A DNA stretch of 40,688 nt from Candidatus Hodarchaeota archaeon (GTDB lineage: Archaea > Asgardarchaeota > Heimdallarchaeia > Hodarchaeales > Hodarchaeaceae): NCBI GenBank assembly GCA_016840035.1, contig JAEOTC010000159.1, positions 1 to 40,688 on the forward strand, given 5' to 3'. Position 1 is the stretch's first letter. Each line of letters begins with the position of its first letter. Position numbers and translations under genes: made by a program. Below, in pieces: positions 1 to 9,167 of this stretch. The notes below the pieces were generated by a model, which saw nothing but the letters and a program-made list of their open reading frames with translations, was not told where the DNA came from and made no database searches.

Positions 1-1338
1 CGGTTTTTCTTTAAAAACATAATTAACAGAAAAATTACCACCTGGAGGCAGATTACTAAAGATCCACCGATATAGGGTTGAATCATGAGTAGGAATTCTC
101 ATAGAGCGAATATTTTGTAATGATTCCGCTTTATTTACTTTTAATTCTGGTGGAATTACATCTTCAATGAGAATTTCTTGAATATTTTCCCCTGTTGTAT
201 TAACAAAATCTAATTTTGCTTCTAAACTTTGATGTAATGAATGGTATAAGTTCAATGCTACTACTTGTCGCTCTTTCCTAAGAATGATTGATCTTTCTAC
301 TCTCTTTCGCAATACATATTCGATCTTTCCTTTCTCCCCTGCTACTAATTTCTCTGCCTTCCATGTGAAGACTGTTCCCTCATTAGTTTTCTTTCTGTCA
401 TCTAATTCAAAATTCGTTTGGAAATCAACAACTTCCCATCTATAAGGGATCCTATCAACAATCTCTATGTCCAGAAGATCCTCTTCATATTCATTTGTTA
501 TTTCAGTCCTGGCTGAATACTCAATATCTAACGTATCCGCAAGATTAATTTGATGTTGTTTTGAATCCTCTTTTGGTGTATGTTCAGATTTTTCGACACC
601 TTTATTGGGCTGTGATTTCTCATTATATTTTTCTGTGTCATTCACCTGTCTTTTCGTTTCGATACTAGTGTGTGGTGACATAAATCTGGTTTCTCCCCTC
701 TGATCCTTAACTACTGCATCACTTCGAATTTTCTTTTCAGTTTGTTTCCTTGCAGTTTTGGATACTGCAGCAAGTACTGCAAAAGAATCCATTTTAGAAG
801 GATCATCAGTTTTTAATTGAGGAATTAGGAAATCCTGACGATTGAAATCTAGAGTGGTATCAGTTGAGAATTCATTGCTCTGCAATGGAATTAGCCCTTC
901 TTCCTCTTCTAGGGGTAGAATTTTAATTTCTGGAAGATCTTCACCGATTTGAGCCTGTAAATTACGCCCTTCCTCGATTTCCTCTTCTCCTGTAGAAATT
1001 TTACGATCAAGAGCGTTTAAAGCCATTTTAAATTGATAGGTTGCGGATGTAAACCCATATCTTTTTCCTTTATCAACCAATATTTTCGCCGTATCAACAT
1101 CTTCAGTCATAAGGTGTCTAACTATTGCTTTACCATAACAACTTGCGGCTTTATCCATTTTTTTAAGCTCTAGATAAAAATCTCCCGCTATGGTAAGATA
1201 TTGCCCTGCTTTTTTTCTATCACCTTGTGAATCGAAGCATTTAGCTGTCGATTCGTAGATTTCAGCTGCAATTTCTAGAGAGTGAGTTGTTGCTGCCTCT
1301 GCTTCAGAAGCTAGTTTTTCACAGTCCGTATCTACCAT
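1..1338 (-). CDS. Partial ORF (runs off the left edge, >=446 aa): N-terminal alpha-SNAP/TPR-like helical repeats, acidic linker, tandem DUF11-like Ig/beta-sandwich domains
   Basis: Not in the ORF track. My translation from ATG at 1338 (GGGAG upstream) is open to position 1: MVDTDCEKLASEAEAATTHSLEIAAEIYESTAKCFDSQGDRKKAGQYLTIAGDFY..., then two repeats EITNEYEEDLLDIEIVDRIP...FTWKAEKLVAGEKGKIEY and FVNTTGENIQEILIEDVIPP...YRWIFSNLPPGGNFSVNY. Confidence 0.8.
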   Translation of the reverse strand, partial: MVDTDCEKLASEAEAATTHSLEIAAEIYESTAKCFDSQGDRKKAGQYLTIAGDFYLELKKMDKAASCYGKAIVRHLMTEDVDTAKILVDKGKRYGFTSATYQFKMALNALDRKISTGEEEIEEGRNLQAQIGEDLPEIKILPLEEEEGLIPLQSNEFSTDTTLDFNRQDFLIPQLKTDDPSKMDSFAVLAAVSKTARKQTEKKIRSDAVVKDQRGETRFMSPHTSIETKRQVNDTEKYNEKSQPNKGVEKSEHTPKEDSKQHQINLADTLDIEYSARTEITNEYEEDLLDIEIVDRIPYRWEVVDFQTNFELDDRKKTNEGTVFTWKAEKLVAGEKGKIEYVLRKRVERSIILRKERQVVALNLYHSLHQSLEAKLDFVNTTGENIQEILIEDVIPPELKVNKAESLQNIRSMRIPTHDSTLYRWIFSNLPPGGNFSVNYVFKEKP

Positions 1339-1354
1339 TTTCTATACTCCCTAC

Positions 1355-1738
1355 TTACTTAATTGCTAAAAAAGTGGATTTAATGATCAATACCTCTGAA
1401 ACTCGGGGTGTATAATCATCTAGCGGATCTTTATCATCATAAGGAATTTGTTGAAATGTCCGAGAGAATATTACCCAAGCGACTCTTTTGTTATCACTTG
1501 TAACAAATCGATTAATTTTCTGATAGGCGTCATCTGGATCCTGTGTAAAATATTGATGACAAAGATCTTTAACTTTCTTTAAAGAAGTCTCTTCATTATT
1601 TTGTGCATATAAATGCAAATATTCTAATAAATCGGCTTCTTTGGGATTTATTTTCTTTGCTTTCAGCAATTCGACAATTGTAGATTTATTTGTTAAAGAA
1701 TCCTTTGCTTCTGCAAATGTTATATTAATAAAGGGCAT
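1355..1738 (-). CDS. Divergent RNA polymerase Rpo4/RpoF (Rpb4)-like protein
   Basis: 127 aa; ITFAEAKDSL...ADLLEYLHLYA...SLKKVKDL resembles the Rpo4 N-terminal pattern (vTiaEvkeiL...aLeYl.kfa); C-terminal half weak; 16 nt from the next ORF. Confidence 0.5.
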   Translation of the reverse strand: MPFINITFAEAKDSLTNKSTIVELLKAKKINPKEADLLEYLHLYAQNNEETSLKKVKDLCHQYFTQDPDDAYQKINRFVTSDNKRVAWVIFSRTFQQIPYDDKDPLDDYTPRVSEVLIIKSTFLAIK

Positions 1739-1973
1739 AAATTCTTCACAATTAGTGCAATTGATTCCAGTTTGTTAGTATAGATGAATATTCGTTTAGA
1801 TTTGATAATCGATTTAACGGTTGAATCTACAAATCACTGAATTAAATATATAGCTAATCACCTAGAATATTCGATAATTTTTCCTAAAAGAATTATTATT
1901 TCAAGTGATTTCCTTTATTTTTCAGAAAAATATCTTAAATTATCACTATTATGCGTTTAAATTGGAGATCTAA

Positions 1974-2645
1974 GTGTCTGAGCTTCCACAGTGCCTTCAT
2001 GAATTGCAGGTTGTGCTTCAAAGCTGTACACGCAAAATTCTTGATCTTCCTCAAGGATATCGAAGAGCTGCCATTCTTATTCCACTGTTTCGGAAAAATA
2101 ATGAATGGAATATACTTTTTACGAGAAGAACTGAGAAAGTGTCCCATCATAAGAATGAAATATCTTTTCCTGGGGGGAGATTTGACGAATCCCAGGATGA
2201 GAATTTAGTACAGACCGCCTTACGTGAAGTAAATGAAGAAATTGGATGTGAAAAGATTCTAGTTTTAGGGGAATTGGATGATATTTTCACAGTCAGTGAA
2301 TTTGTTGTTACCCCAATTGTAGGTTTTGTAGCTGAAGATTTCGATTTAGAGTGTTCAAATCATAATTCTGACGAGATAGAATATGTTTTAAAGGTTGCAA
2401 CAAATAAAATATCTAATATTGACCATTACTGGACAGAAGCGGTACCGTATGAAGGAGGAAGATTATTCCATGTTCCTTTTTTTAACTATGAGGGAGAGAT
2501 TATCTGGGGTGCTACAGGACGAATTCTCGCTAATTTTCTGAATGTTTTAACCAAACTCGACAACCAGTGTAGGACAAATATGATCGGTATAGACCAGTGG
2601 AAAGTCCAAGAGAATAAAGATTATTCCAATCTGATAAAGAATTAG
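1974..2645 (+). CDS. CoA pyrophosphatase (Nudix, NudL/Pcd1 family)
   Basis: AAILIPL, LFTRR...HKNEISFPGG (NuCoA motif), Nudix box GG...TALREVNEEIG, IWGATGRIL. Confidence 0.92.
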   Translation: MSELPQCLHELQVVLQSCTRKILDLPQGYRRAAILIPLFRKNNEWNILFTRRTEKVSHHKNEISFPGGRFDESQDENLVQTALREVNEEIGCEKILVLGELDDIFTVSEFVVTPIVGFVAEDFDLECSNHNSDEIEYVLKVATNKISNIDHYWTEAVPYEGGRLFHVPFFNYEGEIIWGATGRILANFLNVLTKLDNQCRTNMIGIDQWKVQENKDYSNLIKN

Positions 2646-2665
2646 ATCTCATCCTTTTGAACTAT

Positions 2666-3988
2666 TCAATGTTCCAAACCTTTTATTTCCTCATAAATCG
2701 ACTTTACGTTGTCGTACGTGACTTTTAAATCGCGACTAGTTAGAAGTTCAATAACCTTATCCAGTTCTTGCCCTTTCGCTCCCATAGATGCTGCAAGATT
2801 ACGAGCGTGAAGTTTCATATGACCTGCTTGTATTCCAACTGATGCTAGAGCGCGAAGAGCCCCAAAATTTTGTGCTAATCCCACACACGCCATAATTTCC
2901 GCTAATTTTAAAGCTCCACCTGGAACTGACAGTTTCATTATCTTGAAGGCGATTTGTGCAATAGGATGGATTTTTGCAACCCCACCAACTAAACCAACTG
3001 CTAAGGGGATTTCAATTGTTCCAACGAGATCGCCATCTGCATTCTTTTCCCAGGTTGTTAATGAAGTATACTTACCAGTTCCTTTAATTGCAGCATATGT
3101 ATGAACCCCGGCTTCAATTGCACGCCAATCTTGGGCTGTGGCTAGGGCAACAGCGTCTATTCCGTTCATGATACCTTTGTTATGTGTTGATGCACGATAT
3201 GGATCCGCTTCGGCGAAAGCGTAAGCGTTAAGGATACCATCCACTACTTCAGATCCAGAGAATTTCTTTGTTTCCAATTCAGAAGTTTTAAAGATAGCTT
3301 TTGCTCTAACAAGCCGTCTTGTAGCCAAATTTGAGATAATTCGGAGAAGTGTTTTACCACCAGATAACTCCTCTAATAAAGGTGCTACAGCTTCATTCAT
3401 TGTATTCACCGCATTTGCACCCATAGCATCACGAACATCTACTAGCAATTCTAGTATGACCATCGGTTCAGTGATCGTATCCAGTAAAACTTTAACATTA
3501 ATGCCTCTGCAACCTCCTCCAAATTTCACTAAAATAGGATCTTGTTCATTTGCAATCTTGATAATTTCATCCTCATGTTCTAAGAATAATTCTCGAATGT
3601 AAAATGGATTTTGTACATTAATGAGCTGGATTTGGCCAATCATTATTGGTGATGTGCTGCTTGTTGTAAATCCACCAGCTGCACGAGTAACTTTGGCTGA
3701 ATTTGATGCGGCAGCAACAACAGATGCCTCCTCTACAGACATTGGAACAAGGACGTCTTCACCATTAATTTTGAAATTAGTAGCAACTCCTAGAGGAATT
3801 TGTTGAACACCTATAGTGTTTTCAATATAAAATCCTTGACCTGCTTTCTCCAGTGTGGCTGAAGAATCAGCTAAATAATCTAAATCTTCTTGACTTAATT
3901 CACATAATTCTTTAATCTTTTGTTGTCGATCTTTCATCGACATTCTAAAGAAACCCGCTAAACGAGAACTGAATTTTTCATTACCCAT
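2666..3988 (-). CDS. mvaA: Hydroxymethylglutaryl-CoA reductase, class II
   Basis: ENTIG, EEASVVAA, DAMGAN, THNKGIMNG and GHMKLH motifs; 440 aa. Confidence 0.96.
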   Translation of the reverse strand: MGNEKFSSRLAGFFRMSMKDRQQKIKELCELSQEDLDYLADSSATLEKAGQGFYIENTIGVQQIPLGVATNFKINGEDVLVPMSVEEASVVAAASNSAKVTRAAGGFTTSSTSPIMIGQIQLINVQNPFYIRELFLEHEDEIIKIANEQDPILVKFGGGCRGINVKVLLDTITEPMVILELLVDVRDAMGANAVNTMNEAVAPLLEELSGGKTLLRIISNLATRRLVRAKAIFKTSELETKKFSGSEVVDGILNAYAFAEADPYRASTHNKGIMNGIDAVALATAQDWRAIEAGVHTYAAIKGTGKYTSLTTWEKNADGDLVGTIEIPLAVGLVGGVAKIHPIAQIAFKIMKLSVPGGALKLAEIMACVGLAQNFGALRALASVGIQAGHMKLHARNLAASMGAKGQELDKVIELLTSRDLKVTYDNVKSIYEEIKGLEH

Positions 3989-4132
3989 TAAAAAACACCT
4001 TATTGAGGATTAATGAGGGGGAGAAAAGAGTATTAAAATTGTTTTTATTCCGAAAAAAACTCTTTATATGTGAAATTCTATAAATAAAAGAACTAAATGA
4101 TTGATAGCACAAAGGTAGTGCTTATTAAATCA

Positions 4133-4990
4133 TTATTCGAGGTTTATTCCAAGGAATGTCTTACCAGGACAGGTGTAATATATTGAGTACCCTGCAGGTA
4201 TGGGTATTTCAAGATCATCAAGAGCTTGCACGTTATTCATGTTTGAGGATATGTAAATCACAAATATTGGTTTAGCCGTCTTACATGTGGCTGTTTTTGT
4301 AGCTCTTTTAAGGGAATATAATGCGATTTTACCTTCTGGAGCACCTGAAGAACTATGTAGCATTGTGAGAGTTGTTTCATCACTTGATGCAGGAAATAGG
4401 AGTTTTGCATTCGATTCTGTGACTTCAGCATCCTCATTTGCTGCAAAATACAGTATTGAGGAATCTTCAACCTGTTTCACAGCTTTTGGGGGCTTCTCTT
4501 TAACTGATTTGGGTTTTGTTTTTGGTGGAGGGGGTGGTGAGACAGGTTTAGTTACTTTTTCTGCTTTAGGCTTGTCTTTCGTTGTCTTAGCTTTTTTAGG
4601 TGGTGTTGATTTAGCAGGAGGTGTTGTTTCAGTAATTGATGCCGCCATTACTGGAGGAGTAACTTCCAGAAGAGCACTAGGAGTAGCTGGTGATGCTTCT
4701 AATTTCATCATAAAATCCCGGAACTTAGCTGTTTCATTCCCTTGGTCTTCAGTTGATATTCTATGGGTCATCCCCTTCTCAAGGCGCATTTGCCTAGCAA
4801 TTTGACTTGAAATAAAGCGTTTTCTTACTGACGAATTCTCTCCAGTCCAGATATAAATATGTCTCGTGTCTTCATCAAGAAAAATCAAGACTTCTGTGTC
4901 TTTTAGATCTTCATCGCGTGAAGAGAACTTAATAGGAACATATTCACCATCCATACTGGGGGTGTACACGTGAATTTTACTTTCAGTCAT
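4133..4990 (-). CDS. Single gelsolin-domain protein with Pro/Lys-rich linker and uncharacterised C-terminal beta domain
   Basis: DLKDTEVLIFLD...IYIWTGENSS...EDQGNETAKF is a gelsolin-repeat signature; linker contains PVSPPPPPKTKP. Confidence 0.85.
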   Translation of the reverse strand: MTESKIHVYTPSMDGEYVPIKFSSRDEDLKDTEVLIFLDEDTRHIYIWTGENSSVRKRFISSQIARQMRLEKGMTHRISTEDQGNETAKFRDFMMKLEASPATPSALLEVTPPVMAASITETTPPAKSTPPKKAKTTKDKPKAEKVTKPVSPPPPPKTKPKSVKEKPPKAVKQVEDSSILYFAANEDAEVTESNAKLLFPASSDETTLTMLHSSSGAPEGKIALYSLKRATKTATCKTAKPIFVIYISSNMNNVQALDDLEIPIPAGYSIYYTCPGKTFLGINLE

Positions 4991-5300
4991 AAATAGTCCT
5001 TCTAACTTCCAAAATCAGCGCTTCCTCTAAAAACATTTTCAAATGTGTAGAATCTTTTGGAAATTCTCTGCTGGAGAGTATTCTCTAAGTGGTAATTTTC
5101 GGGAATATTGGAAATTAAGAATGAAAAAAGTGACATTTATTGATGGACCGATAGTATGGTATCCATTTAATCGAAATTAACTCCAAATTTGGGTTTGTTG
5201 GTCATCTTCTAGCCCATAATGGAAAAATTTGGGATGGAACGAAATAATTTTAATTTATCTAGGTTTACTTAGTTAATGTCTTTAAGACGGTTTACTTCAT

Positions 5301-5403
5301 GCGGAGGTACCAAAGAGTCGTTCATATGCCATGAATTGACTTGGACTGGCTATGGAGCAGCCTGCAAAGCTGTATTACGCGTGTTCGAATCACGCCCTCC
5401 GCT
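5301..5403 (+). tRNA. tRNA-Cys(GCA) with 31-nt intron (5316-5346) at position 15/16; CCA not encoded
   Basis: Acceptor GCGGAGG/CCTCCGC plus U73; anticodon arm GCAGC-CTGCAAA-GCTGT; T arm GCGTG-TTCGAAT-CACGC; removing 5316-5346 gives the D arm CCAAAG-TGGCTATGG and a 72-nt cloverleaf. Confidence 0.93.
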
Positions 5404-5492
5404 CTACTTACTTTTATCCTTTCAAATAGCACAAGATTGTCAATAAATCACAAACTAGTTCCTAATTTAGCTTAGTATGGGAGATACTACAT

Positions 5493-7298
5493 TTGTCTGA
5501 ATCATTATTTGATATTGTTGTCATTGACACTAACTTTTTCATTTCCTTATTAAACGCAGGAGTCTCTGATTCTCTAATGCCTCAACTTCAGAATATCGGG
5601 CAATCAGTTGGAATGGAGATCATGGTACCGGATGAAATTCCGAAATCAGATATTCCAGGTCGATTTAGGCAATTACGCCAGCTCATTCCTAAATATATAC
5701 GCACTGAACCAGTTAAACGAACATCGAAGCTCTGGAATCGAACTGCGGAATATGCGGTCCAAGAACGGATGGTTCGAGTAAATGATGACCCTGCAGATAT
5801 AGACGTAGTAATACTTGCAAAAAAATTCAGTTTGAAAGATAATAACAAGGTAGCTCTAGTCTCTGACGATGAAGGAGTAGCTCGAATAATCAAGGAGAAT
5901 AAGGTATTCAAAGGAATCGAACATCTTTCATGCGGTTCATTTGTCTCAATATTGGCTGCATCTGTATCTGATCAAAAAATGCGTAAACTCTTAGATCAAA
6001 CAGTTGAAAGAGTCTTTCGTGCTTCATGGAGTTACAAAAAGAAAACTCGACGATATATTGATGTGGCAATGCTGATTGATGATTTAACTGATACGGCGAG
6101 GTTCGTTAGATCAGCAGCTGAGGTTGGAGCTGATAGTAGTTTAGCGGAAATCGAAAAAGAAATCGTTGCAATTGCTCCAAAACACGAACCCGAAGTATTA
6201 AAGCCTGAGGATGGGTTAATAATTGCTCAACAGCTTGTTTTAAAGGCTCGTGGAACAAGAGAAACATATCATATTCTACAAGCGGAAGAAATCCTCCTTG
6301 AAATTCTTGCAAAAAGCTCAGAACTAATTTACTCTATAGATGGTTTAGAGCAGCGAGTTATTGTTGAGAGAATGATTAGATCTGAACTATTTGAGCACCA
6401 TAGCTGGCTTCTTGATTATAGAATATCACGTAATCAGATTGTGGAAGCATTAGTCCATGCCGAAGCATGCCGAATATACATGAATTTCATTTCTGTTGGG
6501 AGAGAAGCTATCGAGAATCTAATAGCCTTGCAAGGTTTACTGTATTTGCTTTTAGGAAAATATGAAAGAGCTCTTGAGCTTTTCAAAGCAGTTCCACAAA
6601 TGGATCCTGAACTTTCATCGACACAAATTCTTGGTTTAGCTGTAGCATTGATAGCTACTCAACAGCAAAACGAGGCGGCATTACTCATTAAAAGAAATGT
6701 GGAGATGATTGAAGGTATAATTACATCTATGCATGCCTACGCAAATGATCTTTATTCTCATGACCAGCGTGAACTAGCAATCAATATTCTGAAATTTCTT
6801 GTAAAGAATTTTAGTAAACAAGAAGAAGTTGACCGTTCAATCTACCGTTTATTTGTCCTTACAAGACTTCGCCAGGATTTAGTATCAGGTGAGGCCAAGA
6901 TTAACAATATATTCAAGAAAAGATTAGTAAATAGAGGAAAAGATGATTCCAAGAAGGGGATACCTAAGAGTTTCATGAATAAATTGCCAATAATGTTATC
7001 AACAGGTGAAGATCCAAAGGAAATAGAACAGTTTAAAGGATTTTATCATATTCTTGATTTGGTTGAAAATAAAGAAAAAGATGAGATTTTAGCTGTTGCT
7101 TGGAATGAGAGTAATAATTCTACTTGGTTGTTGAACTTCGATTCTGCATACAAACCTGCCTTAGAGGAAAGTGTCAAAATTAAAATTACTAGTGGAAAAA
7201 TTACCAAAATAAAGAAAGCGAAAAGAACAGATCCGTATCGTGCAACTTTGAGTTTTGAATCTCCCACAATTCAACCTGAACTGGTTAAGCCTTGGTAA
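5493..7298 (+). CDS. PIN-domain ribonuclease fused to TPR-like repeats and a C-terminal beta-rich domain
   Basis: VVIDTNFF, PDE, ADIDVVILAK and LVSDDEGV acidic PIN motifs; TPR-like LQGLLYLLLGKYERALELFKA; TTG start with GGGAG upstream. Confidence 0.8.
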   Translation: MSESLFDIVVIDTNFFISLLNAGVSDSLMPQLQNIGQSVGMEIMVPDEIPKSDIPGRFRQLRQLIPKYIRTEPVKRTSKLWNRTAEYAVQERMVRVNDDPADIDVVILAKKFSLKDNNKVALVSDDEGVARIIKENKVFKGIEHLSCGSFVSILAASVSDQKMRKLLDQTVERVFRASWSYKKKTRRYIDVAMLIDDLTDTARFVRSAAEVGADSSLAEIEKEIVAIAPKHEPEVLKPEDGLIIAQQLVLKARGTRETYHILQAEEILLEILAKSSELIYSIDGLEQRVIVERMIRSELFEHHSWLLDYRISRNQIVEALVHAEACRIYMNFISVGREAIENLIALQGLLYLLLGKYERALELFKAVPQMDPELSSTQILGLAVALIATQQQNEAALLIKRNVEMIEGIITSMHAYANDLYSHDQRELAINILKFLVKNFSKQEEVDRSIYRLFVLTRLRQDLVSGEAKINNIFKKRLVNRGKDDSKKGIPKSFMNKLPIMLSTGEDPKEIEQFKGFYHILDLVENKEKDEILAVAWNESNNSTWLLNFDSAYKPALEESVKIKITSGKITKIKKAKRTDPYRATLSFESPTIQPELVKPW

Positions 7299-7305
7299 GG
7301 AAATA

Positions 7306-8298
7306 TTAGACCATAGTGTAATCAGCATCGTTCCAAGTCTTGCGTAATTTCTCAATTTGATCTGCAAGCGTGCTGGTTTCAATAAAATTTGGTAAATGTT
7401 GCTCGATTGGACTCCTGAATTCTTCTTTGTCCATAATTAAAAGGGATATTAACTTAGGTGATACTACCTCAAAGTATTTGTTCCACGTTTCTAAGTTCGG
7501 ATGAACTATATTTGATACTTCCTTAGGGTTACGTTGAGGGATCACTGGATGCCAACCATGATCTTTCTCAATAATTCCTCGAAGACAAATCTTCGATAGT
7601 GAAGCAGCGACAATAACCTCTTTATTTAGATCTCGAAAAATCTTCGCAATTGTAACTGATCCAATTTTGTTTAAGATTCTCCCATCTACTCGTATCATAT
7701 CTGCACCAAATACAGCTGCTTCTGCACGCTGTGCAAACTCATGAATCGCTAAATCAATCCCCAATACTACATTTTTGAATCCCGCATTAGCTAAAGTATA
7801 AGCTGTTCTCTCTCCTTCCTTTAAAGGTCTAGATTCTAATATATAAACCACTTTATCAGTAAATCCTTCATGAGCAACTTGTAAAAGAGCCTTTATTACA
7901 GTTGAGGAATGGGAAAAGGTTAATATAGATTTTAAAGGTCTTAAAATTTTAACAAGAGTCTCTTGAGTTTGTTTTTCTCCAATTCTTAACTGCTCTCTTC
8001 TTGTAGCGAATATCATTTCGATATTTGGTTTAGGATCGCCATTCTCTAGTCGATGAGAATCTATAAGCTGTACAAGTCTGACGAAAATGGGTAAAAGCGC
8101 GTTTTCAATCGTTGCCATTGGATGAGTGTCTAATAGTAGCTGAATTGCTGTTTTCAAGAACGATCGTGAGATTTTATCACTCGAAGTCAGACACTCTTGC
8201 TTTAATGCTATTAAACAATTTTGTGCTATCTTAGCTGCCCCACTATGAGTATCGCTATGAATAGTTTCCACATCTTTTAGAAAAGTCTTTGATAGCAC
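7306..8298 (-). CDS. IF-2B family protein (aIF-2B / eIF2B regulatory-subunit-like)
   Basis: HSGAAKIA, HPMATIENAL, ILTFSHSSTV, ESRPLKEG, FGADMI, NKIGS, YFEVV; lacks the catalytic Cys of R15P/MTR-1-P isomerases. Confidence 0.85.
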   Translation of the reverse strand: MLSKTFLKDVETIHSDTHSGAAKIAQNCLIALKQECLTSSDKISRSFLKTAIQLLLDTHPMATIENALLPIFVRLVQLIDSHRLENGDPKPNIEMIFATRREQLRIGEKQTQETLVKILRPLKSILTFSHSSTVIKALLQVAHEGFTDKVVYILESRPLKEGERTAYTLANAGFKNVVLGIDLAIHEFAQRAEAAVFGADMIRVDGRILNKIGSVTIAKIFRDLNKEVIVAASLSKICLRGIIEKDHGWHPVIPQRNPKEVSNIVHPNLETWNKYFEVVSPKLISLLIMDKEEFRSPIEQHLPNFIETSTLADQIEKLRKTWNDADYTMV

Positions 8299-8468
8299 TT
8301 TAATTCCAGCAGATAATAATTCTTAAACTTTGATCGGGTCCTTATTCAATGAAATTCAGTTTTTCCTCGGATCGGTTGGTATGAAGGAATATGTATTAGT
8401 TTGGAAAATTCCCTAATACAAGTCTAATTGTGAATTAATGTATAATAAGGGAAATATAAATGTTCTAA

Positions 8469-9164
8469 CTAACGAGATTCGTATCTAGTATGGATTAACT
8501 GATAGTTTTTTGCTAAATCTCCTAGTCTGTGTGCTTCTTCAGGCGTCAAGTGATAAGAGTTAGATTCACCTATCTTATTCGTTGCTTCAATATATGCGAA
8601 TGATGCCCTATCCACAAGACGCTCTGCATTTTTATGATAGCCAGTATCCCCTGTATAAGCCAACCATTTTTCTTTTGATCGGAAAATTGCATAACCTAAG
8701 GAAGGAACTTCATCAGTACCTCCAATGCCAATTATTGACCCCTGATGCTGCATTTGATAACTTTCGACCTCTGTGGCTTCATTAAGCTCCACTTTGTCTC
8801 CATCTGTTAACTTAACATGTTCAAACGGGTAAGAAAGAGGATTTTTCTGGACGGAAAGGAAAGAATCTAGGATAGCATCAATTTCAATACTACCTTCTGG
8901 TGAATAAACACGAACAGGATGACTATGGTTAAGCATACACAAAAATCCTAGGAAGGAATAGAGTCCACCAGAGTGATCATAATGTGAATGAGTAATAAAA
9001 ATATGAATCGGCTTATTAATTGGAAACGATGTCAATTTCTCAACTATATCCCGTATTGTTCCATCTCCAATATCTAATAACATTAGAAAGTTTTCATCGG
9101 TCACAAGAATTTGAGTCGCTATTCCAGCCGTGGAATAAAGAACCTCATGCCTCATTGGGATCAA
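8469..9164 (-). CDS. RNase Z-like metallo-beta-lactamase phosphodiesterase (short form)
   Basis: LLDIGDG, THSHYDH (HxHxDH), YTGDT, EAT, HLTPEEA, LIHT; no flexible-arm segment seen. Confidence 0.85.
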   Translation of the reverse strand: MIPMRHEVLYSTAGIATQILVTDENFLMLLDIGDGTIRDIVEKLTSFPINKPIHIFITHSHYDHSGGLYSFLGFLCMLNHSHPVRVYSPEGSIEIDAILDSFLSVQKNPLSYPFEHVKLTDGDKVELNEATEVESYQMQHQGSIIGIGGTDEVPSLGYAIFRSKEKWLAYTGDTGYHKNAERLVDRASFAYIEATNKIGESNSYHLTPEEAHRLGDLAKNYQLIHTRYESR

Positions 9165-9167
9165 CCT

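Noticed and set aside
4287-4805. 172-aa hydrophobic + strand ORF
   Set aside because: Antisense shadow of the Pro/Lys-rich gelsolin gene linker
5436-5444. Palindrome ATTGWCAAT in intergenic regions (5436, 22690, 40624) as a shared operator
   Set aside because: A short AT-rich 9-mer that also occurs inside a CDS (near 13351); not distinguishable from chance here
7306-8298. Ribose-1,5-bisphosphate or methylthioribose-1-phosphate isomerase call
   Set aside because: Catalytic Cys motif (THC) replaced by TFSHS
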